From Candidatus Helarchaeota ASGARD archaeon Hel_GB_B (lineage in GTDB: Archaea > Asgardarchaeota > Lokiarchaeia > Helarchaeales > HEL-GB-B): a DNA stretch of 23,789 nucleotides. Shown here in pieces: positions 17,476-23,789 of this stretch (its first letter is position 1; each line of letters opens with the position of its first letter). The notes under the pieces were generated by a model. It was not told the DNA's origin. It searched no databases and saw only the letters and a program-made list of their open reading frames with translations. A program made the translations under genes and the position numbers. The DNA lies in assembly GCA_005191425.1 (NCBI GenBank), contig SUPR01000055.1, positions 1 to 23,789 of the forward strand, read 5' to 3'.

Positions 17476-20400
17476 TTACATTTGTCTTCTAAGATTCCTA
17501 ATCCAAGGGTCGATATCGCTCCAATCAAATCTTAAAACTTCAACCTTATCGGTTATTCCCCAATTATTTAACTTTTTTTCAATATTATTTTTTAATTCTA
17601 TCGAATATATAATAATAATTTGAGTGAAATTGGGATTTTTTGTCAGACCTGTTATTAGTCGTTCTTTTAAGTTTGCTAAATCGCTGGTATCATAGATAAT
17701 ATTAATATAAATTGAATGTTTAGGTAAAGAAATATCAAAAAATGATATATTATTACTAAATTGACCTTTTGATTCTAAAATTTTATTGGGAATATCATTG
17801 TCATTAAAAATTTTTATTAAATTATTTTTTATTATGGCTTTTCCATTAATAATATCCCGCCACCCATAATAAATATGAGTAACATTTGTTGGTTCATCGA
17901 AATCATGAACTCTAATTTCTTTAACATATCTCCTTATTGGATTTAAATTATTCATAATATCGTTAATATCACAACCTAAATATTCTGAAACTTCAATTTC
18001 TGTAGGAAAATCAGATCCGAATCTAATTAATAATTCAGTAGGAAACAAATTATTAAATTTAGATAGTATATCACTAAGAAATTTATTATAATCTTGCTTA
18101 ATATTGGACTTAAATGAATTATTTTTATGATTTTCCATATTTTTTATTGATGGTGTAGTAATTTTTTTATTTGGAAAATTATTTGAATTATGGTCATCTT
18201 TTATTTCGTTAATTTCACCAAATTGTATAAATTGTCTAAATTTATTCCAGTCAAATTTATTAAAAGCAAATACATGGACTGTATCAATGTTCCATTCATT
18301 AAACCATTTAAGAATTTTATTTTTCCATTGAGAATAAGGGATAATTAAAATAATATCTAACATATTATTCGTATAAGCTTCAATAATTAAATCGGAAATT
18401 ATTTTTGAAAATTCTTTTTCGTCCAAACTTTTATAATTTTTGACATAGATCTTAATATAGATATTTTGAGAAAACATTATATAATCAAATAGTTTATTAT
18501 CAGTATAGCCAAAAGTTCCAGGTCGGACGAAGTCAATTTCTATTTTTGCTTTTATTATATTTATTAATTCAGAAATTGGATCATTTAGTGAATATATCTT
18601 CTGTAATTTTCCATTAGAAAAAACTGGAAAGATGGAACTTTTAAAAGTGCCATTAGAGATCGGCTGAGTTAAAAGTGGTTCAACCTGTTCTAATCCTATA
18701 TTTAAAGATTTTGCGATTTCAAATTTATTTCTAGGCCCATTTTTCAATATTTCACTGATTTTTTCGATATAATTTTCGATCTCCAATTCAATATTTTGCT
18801 CAAAATTATTATGTAGTTTATTACTAGAGTTTTTATAAAGATCTGGAAATACTTTTTTATTATTCATGATTATTTCTTGATCACTGCATTTTTGAAAATA
18901 AACATTTTCAGATTTTATTCTAAACGGGTACTGAAACCCAGGAATTGTAATAATGGCTTCTTGTTTAGGCATTATTTTTAGATATTCTTCTTGTTCTTGG
19001 TTCAAGTTTTGATAATTAGCAATTTTTTTTGAATCATAAGGACTTTTAAAACTAACTTTTATTCCAGAATTACTGATAATATCCGGGCTAATTTCAGGTC
19101 TTGTTGCAATAGTAATCATACTTTCTCCTACACCTCTTAACAATAAAGGAATATCTTCACCCATGCTAGTTTCAGGCACCTCCCGTAAGACTGCGGGGAC
19201 TAATAATTGGGCGTCTTCAATTATCACTATATGATTTAATTCATTTGAAATTCCTCTTTGTAATGCTTTATCGATAACATATTTTAAAACAAGGTTCATA
19301 AGGAACCTAACATCTTGTTTAGTCCCACCTTTGCTTAATAAATAATTAAAATCAAATATTACCTTTTTATTTACAATAGTATTAAAATCTATATTCGAAT
19401 TTTTGACATCAAAGACTTTTTTTAGATTTCCGCTACGAAATCTTTCAAACCTATTTATTAGGGCATTAACGGTCATTGAAATTGTCCTATTATTAATTTT
19501 TTCTCGTTCTTGATAATCTTTTAATGCTTCAAAAAAAGCTTCTAATGAACGTTTATTTTCATTAGTAGTGACTTCATAAATGACATCTCTACAAACACGT
19601 TCCATCTGGACGGATAGTTCTGGTTTATTTTGAAAGTCTGATTTAAATAGCTCAATAACTAGTGCAAATAATTTTCTAGCATGTTCTTCAGAATTTGCAT
19701 TTTCAGGATTGAACATATTAATTTGAAATGGTACTTCGTCAGTCCCGGGTCTTAATATTAGAATTTCGCCTGGAGCTTCTTTTATTAATGCAGCATAATC
19801 ACCTTTCCAGTCTAGGACAAGCCAATTTATATTTGAATAATATTTATTCAATTTTTTTAATATATTCATAACAAGGCTTGTTTTACCCATTCCAATTAAA
19901 CCAGTAATAAACATATTTAAACGCAAATCTTCGATATCAATTCCTACATTAAATAATTCTTTATTATCTTGAAATAGAATTGTCCCAATTGTAATTTTTT
20001 CATTAACAAGATCTTCAGTAGGAATTTCAAATAAAGGAATATTTGATCGTTCAATGGAAGGAAAAGATTCTTCTGGGAGATGGAGATATGTAGCAAGTTG
20101 TCCACTAGTCATTATTATTCGTTGGCCAATTGACTGTCTGTTTATTATCAATGATAAGCAATATATTAATCTACTCTTCTTTACAAATTCAGTTTCTATA
20201 GAGTTCTCATTTCCGCTAAAAACAGTGTCCAGAATAGCCGTAATTTTTTTTGATTCATTTTCAATTTGGTCTTCATTAAGAGACCTTAAAACAATATATG
20301 CGGATATTTTCCAGATAGCTGTAATCTCTGAATGACGTAAACTCAATAAATTTTCTCTTATAGATGTATTATTTTTATTGATATTGATAGGTTGAAAATT

Positions 20401-21603
20401 ATTAGAAAAAGATTGATATGGAAATTGATTATCTTGAAATTTAAAAATATTTACAGGAGTTAAATGGACAACAAAATTACACCCATAAACATTGCTACTT
20501 AATATACTAGAAATAAAGCTATCAATCTGCGTTCTTTTTAAGTATGCTTTAACTTGTGGTCTATTTTTTATTTTTATAATTTTTAGAAAAATATCCTTCT
20601 CTAGCTGTGAAATTTTCAAGATATTGTTTTTTAGAGTTTTGATATTATAATCGCCAATACCACCAAATATCTCAGACCAAGCATTTCTAAGTTTATTACC
20701 ATAAAGAATCTCAAAACTTAGACCAGGAAAAGATGTTTCATAAATTCTTGAGATAATTTCCAGTATATTTTTTAATTCAGTAATTAGTTCATTCTTATTT
20801 TTTCCTATAAAAGTCAGAATTATTCTAAATCGCACCCTATTTTTATGAATTGAAATTTCATAAGATAATTCAGGGACGTAATTTAATAATACAGTTAAAT
20901 GATAATGAAAATAGACCTGTTGATCCCCAAAAGTAATCCTTTCAATATTTTTTTTCATTATTCTATTTTCTCTGCTTGATATATTCCGGGGAATATTTTT
21001 AATTTCAAGGATTGAAACTCCACGGATCCTTCTATGTTGCCTTCCAAATATAATTGCATGAGAATTAATTTCAAAATTAAAAAGTTTATATTTAAATTTT
21101 CCAAATTTATAATAAGATTTTATAAGAAGGATTAAAATTACTAAAATCCAAGCACCGAAAAATACAAAAATTTTTAATATCCATTGGAAAAGTCCGGATA
21201 TAAAGATTATTACACCGTAGATAAGATTATTTGAAATCACATTATAGTAGGAGGACACAAAAACAGCAAGAATTGGAGTACCTAAGAAAAATAATATTAT
21301 TTCAAAGATCAGATATTTATTATCATTTATTTCCTTTTTTGTTTTAAAATATTCTATTACTGAAATTATAATAAAAATAATAGAAATATAGAAGATAATA
21401 TCTACTAATGTAAAAACTGGATTAATTATATTTTGTATAAATGATATATAAGTAGTATCATATTTTGAAGTAATAAATAAAAAAGAATAAAATAAAATTC
21501 TATCAAATATCAATATGACAAGAGAAAATGTTAATATCCTTTGCCAAGTTGGCTTCTTTGACTCTTTTTTTCTATAATGAGAATAATAAAATTTTTTTTT
21601 CAT
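17476..21603 (-). CDS. Membrane-anchored HerA/VirB4/VirD4-like (DUF87-type) P-loop ATPase with duplicated C-terminal modules
   Basis: About 4 N-terminal TMs; NMFITGLIGMGKT Walker A (19879-19902), LVLDWKGDY, Walker B variant HIVIIEDAQ (19207-19233), ITIATRPEI; C-terminal internal repeat. Confidence 0.85.
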   Translation of the reverse strand: MKKKFYYSHYRKKESKKPTWQRILTFSLVILIFDRILFYSFLFITSKYDTTYISFIQNIINPVFTLVDIIFYISIIFIIISVIEYFKTKKEINDNKYLIFEIILFFLGTPILAVFVSSYYNVISNNLIYGVIIFISGLFQWILKIFVFFGAWILVILILLIKSYYKFGKFKYKLFNFEINSHAIIFGRQHRRIRGVSILEIKNIPRNISSRENRIMKKNIERITFGDQQVYFHYHLTVLLNYVPELSYEISIHKNRVRFRIILTFIGKNKNELITELKNILEIISRIYETSFPGLSFEILYGNKLRNAWSEIFGGIGDYNIKTLKNNILKISQLEKDIFLKIIKIKNRPQVKAYLKRTQIDSFISSILSSNVYGCNFVVHLTPVNIFKFQDNQFPYQSFSNNFQPININKNNTSIRENLLSLRHSEITAIWKISAYIVLRSLNEDQIENESKKITAILDTVFSGNENSIETEFVKKSRLIYCLSLIINRQSIGQRIIMTSGQLATYLHLPEESFPSIERSNIPLFEIPTEDLVNEKITIGTILFQDNKELFNVGIDIEDLRLNMFITGLIGMGKTSLVMNILKKLNKYYSNINWLVLDWKGDYAALIKEAPGEILILRPGTDEVPFQINMFNPENANSEEHARKLFALVIELFKSDFQNKPELSVQMERVCRDVIYEVTTNENKRSLEAFFEALKDYQEREKINNRTISMTVNALINRFERFRSGNLKKVFDVKNSNIDFNTIVNKKVIFDFNYLLSKGGTKQDVRFLMNLVLKYVIDKALQRGISNELNHIVIIEDAQLLVPAVLREVPETSMGEDIPLLLRGVGESMITIATRPEISPDIISNSGIKVSFKSPYDSKKIANYQNLNQEQEEYLKIMPKQEAIITIPGFQYPFRIKSENVYFQKCSDQEIIMNNKKVFPDLYKNSSNKLHNNFEQNIELEIENYIEKISEILKNGPRNKFEIAKSLNIGLEQVEPLLTQPISNGTFKSSIFPVFSNGKLQKIYSLNDPISELINIIKAKIEIDFVRPGTFGYTDNKLFDYIMFSQNIYIKIYVKNYKSLDEKEFSKIISDLIIEAYTNNMLDIILIIPYSQWKNKILKWFNEWNIDTVHVFAFNKFDWNKFRQFIQFGEINEIKDDHNSNNFPNKKITTPSIKNMENHKNNSFKSNIKQDYNKFLSDILSKFNNLFPTELLIRFGSDFPTEIEVSEYLGCDINDIMNNLNPIRRYVKEIRVHDFDEPTNVTHIYYGWRDIINGKAIIKNNLIKIFNDNDIPNKILESKGQFSNNISFFDISLPKHSIYINIIYDTSDLANLKERLITGLTKNPNFTQIIIIYSIELKNNIEKKLNNWGITDKVEVLRFDWSDIDPWIRNLRRQM

Positions 21604-21881
21604 CGATATCGCTAATTATTCCAAAAGAACATATTTAAACTCAAATTGCGAATTTTAAAGTCTTTAATTAAACTTAAAATCCAAAATGAATTAAAGATAG
21701 TTTAACATAATTGAACTCAATTATTTTATTATGTCACTAATTTAATGGAAATCAATTACATTTTTACGCCAAATAAAACAAGTCCAATTAGTTATTTTTT
21801 TTTATATATAAATAATGCGTTTAAAAATTCAAAAAAATTGAATTAATACTATTAAAAAATAATATTTATTGAACTTGTTCA

Positions 21882-22916
21882 CTAATTTTCAATGTAATTT
21901 TTTAGAAACGATGTTTTTATAACTTTAAAATGGTCTCGGATTGAATATTCTGCACATTTACATGCGTTAGATAAGATTTTTTGAGTTAAAATAGCTTTTC
22001 GTTTCTTATACTTAGCTAAGATCTGGTCGCTGGTGTAAATAATAGCCACAGCAAAAATATAAGGGTTTCTACCACCTCGTTGTTGAAGCCCAAAATTCTT
22101 TAGTATTTCAAAACTTTTGTTTAATAAATATAACCGATATTCATTAACATCTTCGTCAATTTTTAGTAATCTATTTATTACTTCGCTATAATTACAGACT
22201 TTAGATACTATTCGATTAACATAGTCCTCACTTTTTCGAGTATTGGATTTAATGAAATCTCCGGTATAGATACTTACTTTTTGTATCTCCCTTAAAATAG
22301 TTCGTGGAGAAACACGGTGGCCAAGTTCTCTAAATATTTGACATAATTCCTGAATAGTGATTGGCGCTTTATTCTTATATTCTCTAATTGCTAAAAAAAT
22401 ACACATAGCAATTAAAATTATATGGTTTGTAATTTCTTCTTTTGGCACTGAAGAAATGATTTTATTGTAAAAATATGCAGCACGGTCTTTTATATTATCA
22501 TTTAATTTTAAATGATTAACGACACGATTTAATAAATTAAATACATTATAATTAGTTTCCTGGTTAACATATCTTGACCTGACATCATAAAAATATTTTA
22601 AACGTTTAAATAATGTTTGCTTTTTTGCTTTTAATGGTCTTCCAGATGCATCGGTAAATTTTGTACTATATTGATAGTCCATAAAACTTCCTAGCCCATC
22701 TACCATATTTAATCGCTTACCTAATGCAACAAAATGTCTAGATGAATTAAATTTATTTGAATGGTCAATGTTCATTTGATATGTTGGTGAAACTAGTTGT
22801 TTTTCAATGACCAGTCCACATAAAGAACAGATATATTCACCTCTTACTTCGTCTAATATAGGTTCATGCTTACAATCAGTTAAAATTTTTGAATATTCAC
22901 TTTTCGTTATAATCAC
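21882..22916 (-). CDS. tfb: Transcription initiation factor IIB paralog
   Basis: Zn ribbon CKH...RGEYICSLCGLV, GLGSFM linker, two cyclin repeats (AAYFYNK..IAMCIFLAIR..PITIQEL; GRNPYIFAVAIIY..LTQKILSNACKCAEYSIRDHFK); GTG start. Confidence 0.9.
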   Translation of the reverse strand: MIITKSEYSKILTDCKHEPILDEVRGEYICSLCGLVIEKQLVSPTYQMNIDHSNKFNSSRHFVALGKRLNMVDGLGSFMDYQYSTKFTDASGRPLKAKKQTLFKRLKYFYDVRSRYVNQETNYNVFNLLNRVVNHLKLNDNIKDRAAYFYNKIISSVPKEEITNHIILIAMCIFLAIREYKNKAPITIQELCQIFRELGHRVSPRTILREIQKVSIYTGDFIKSNTRKSEDYVNRIVSKVCNYSEVINRLLKIDEDVNEYRLYLLNKSFEILKNFGLQQRGGRNPYIFAVAIIYTSDQILAKYKKRKAILTQKILSNACKCAEYSIRDHFKVIKTSFLKNYIEN

Positions 22917-23280
22917 TCCTAAACACTATTTTTAATTAAGAGAAAAAATCATACCAATTTGCGAAATTATATATTTTAGCAAAAAATATATTATTTATTA
23001 GGAAAACATATCTGTTTATTTGATCTCTTCAATATCTAACAGAATATTAGTTTTACTTTCAATCGTAATAGTGTTCCTTTTATGGAGAGGTGGTTGAAAG
23101 TTAAACTTGAAAAACAAATTTTAATTTGTGATTTTAAGAATGAATTATGATATATAATTAGTGAAAATATTTATTAATTAATCAATTAAACCAAAAGCAA
23201 AAAGTTTTAGCAACTTAATTATATTAAAAAAAAATAATATTTATATTAAATATTGAATAGATAGAAAGTCTGGGTTAATT

Positions 23281-23789
23281 TTGTCGGTACTAAATAATTT
23301 AATAGATACAGTTACAAAATATTGGAAAAAATATCGATTAAATCTAAAAATAAAAGATTTAAGCATTGGGCCACACTTTGCTATTTGTATTCTTAATAAT
23401 GATTCTACAGGGGTATGTCATAATATTTCAGTAAGCAAATGTAAACCAGATATTAATGAATTGAGGAGAAATACATTAACATTTTCTGAAATATCCAAAC
23501 AAATATTATTAGATGATAAGTTTTTAGACCCACTATCCTTAATAACATTAGCAAAATCTGATATAATTTTTGAAAAGATCCTTGGTATTGCTTGTATAAA
23601 TGCAATTTCTCAATATATCTTAGTTAAATTCAATAAAAATTTATCTTTTGATAATAAAAGAATTGCCGGATTAGACATTAACCCTGATTTTAAGATTGGG
23701 ATAATTGGGTCTATTTTACCCATAATTAGACAGTTAAAAGAAAAAAATGTAAAAAAAATTTTTCTAAAAGAATTTATAGAAGAAAAAAT
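23281..23789 (+). CDS. DUF364/DUF4213-like Rossmann-domain protein, partial (runs off the window edge)
   Basis: Not in the ORF track. My translation from TTG 23281 is open to the end: MSVLNNLIDTVTKYWKKYRLNLKIKDLSIGPHFAICILNNDSTGVCH...EKILGIACINAISQY...KIGIIGSILPIIRQLK. The IG..G, LGIACINA and IGIIG patterns fit DUF364. Confidence 0.7.
   Translation, partial: MSVLNNLIDTVTKYWKKYRLNLKIKDLSIGPHFAICILNNDSTGVCHNISVSKCKPDINELRRNTLTFSEISKQILLDDKFLDPLSLITLAKSDIIFEKILGIACINAISQYILVKFNKNLSFDNKRIAGLDINPDFKIGIIGSILPIIRQLKEKNVKKIFLKEFIEEK

Noticed and set aside
20054-20335. 93-aa plus ORF
   Set aside because: Antisense inside the 1375-aa ATPase.
17476-21603. Integrated conjugative element or defence island interpretation
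   Set aside because: No integrase, relaxase, tRNA target, terminal repeats or obvious compositional shift seen, and no intact nuclease partner for a HerA-type defence system.
23016-23117. 33-aa minus ORF (TTG start, MFFKFNFQPPLHKRNTITIESKTNILLDIEEIK) upstream of tfb
   Set aside because: Too short, no SD, and only a vague resemblance to a MoaD/ThiS N-terminus with no C-terminal GG.

Overview
Very AT-rich archaeal window, most likely Asgard (inferred from a TFB gene, an MglA-like small GTPase next to roadblock proteins, archaeal-type pilus genes and GGTGA/GAGGT Shine-Dalgarno motifs). The left part (1-5.4 kb) holds unrelated genes: a hypothetical protein, a polytopic membrane protein, a SAM methyltransferase, an HdrD/GlpC-like Fe-S CCG protein and a 7-TM protein. 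From about 5.5 to 22.9 kb lies a mostly minus-strand cluster. In transcription order it is: TFB paralog, 1375-aa membrane-anchored HerA/VirD4-like ATPase, [plus-strand B12 radical SAM enzyme], roadblock protein, [plus-strand minimal Flp-like pilin], ArsR-like wHTH, tandem roadblock protein, DENN-like protein, MglA-like GTPase, large surface protein, small membrane protein, TadA/VirB11-like ATPase and a TadB/C-like membrane platform. I read this as a candidate type IV (Tad-like) pilus plus DNA-translocase locus coupled to a small-GTPase switch with eukaryote-like regulators. A DUF364-like gene that is missing from the ORF track runs off the right edge. No rRNA, tRNA, CRISPR array or mobile element was recognised. 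All family calls come from motif reading by eye; no database search was run.
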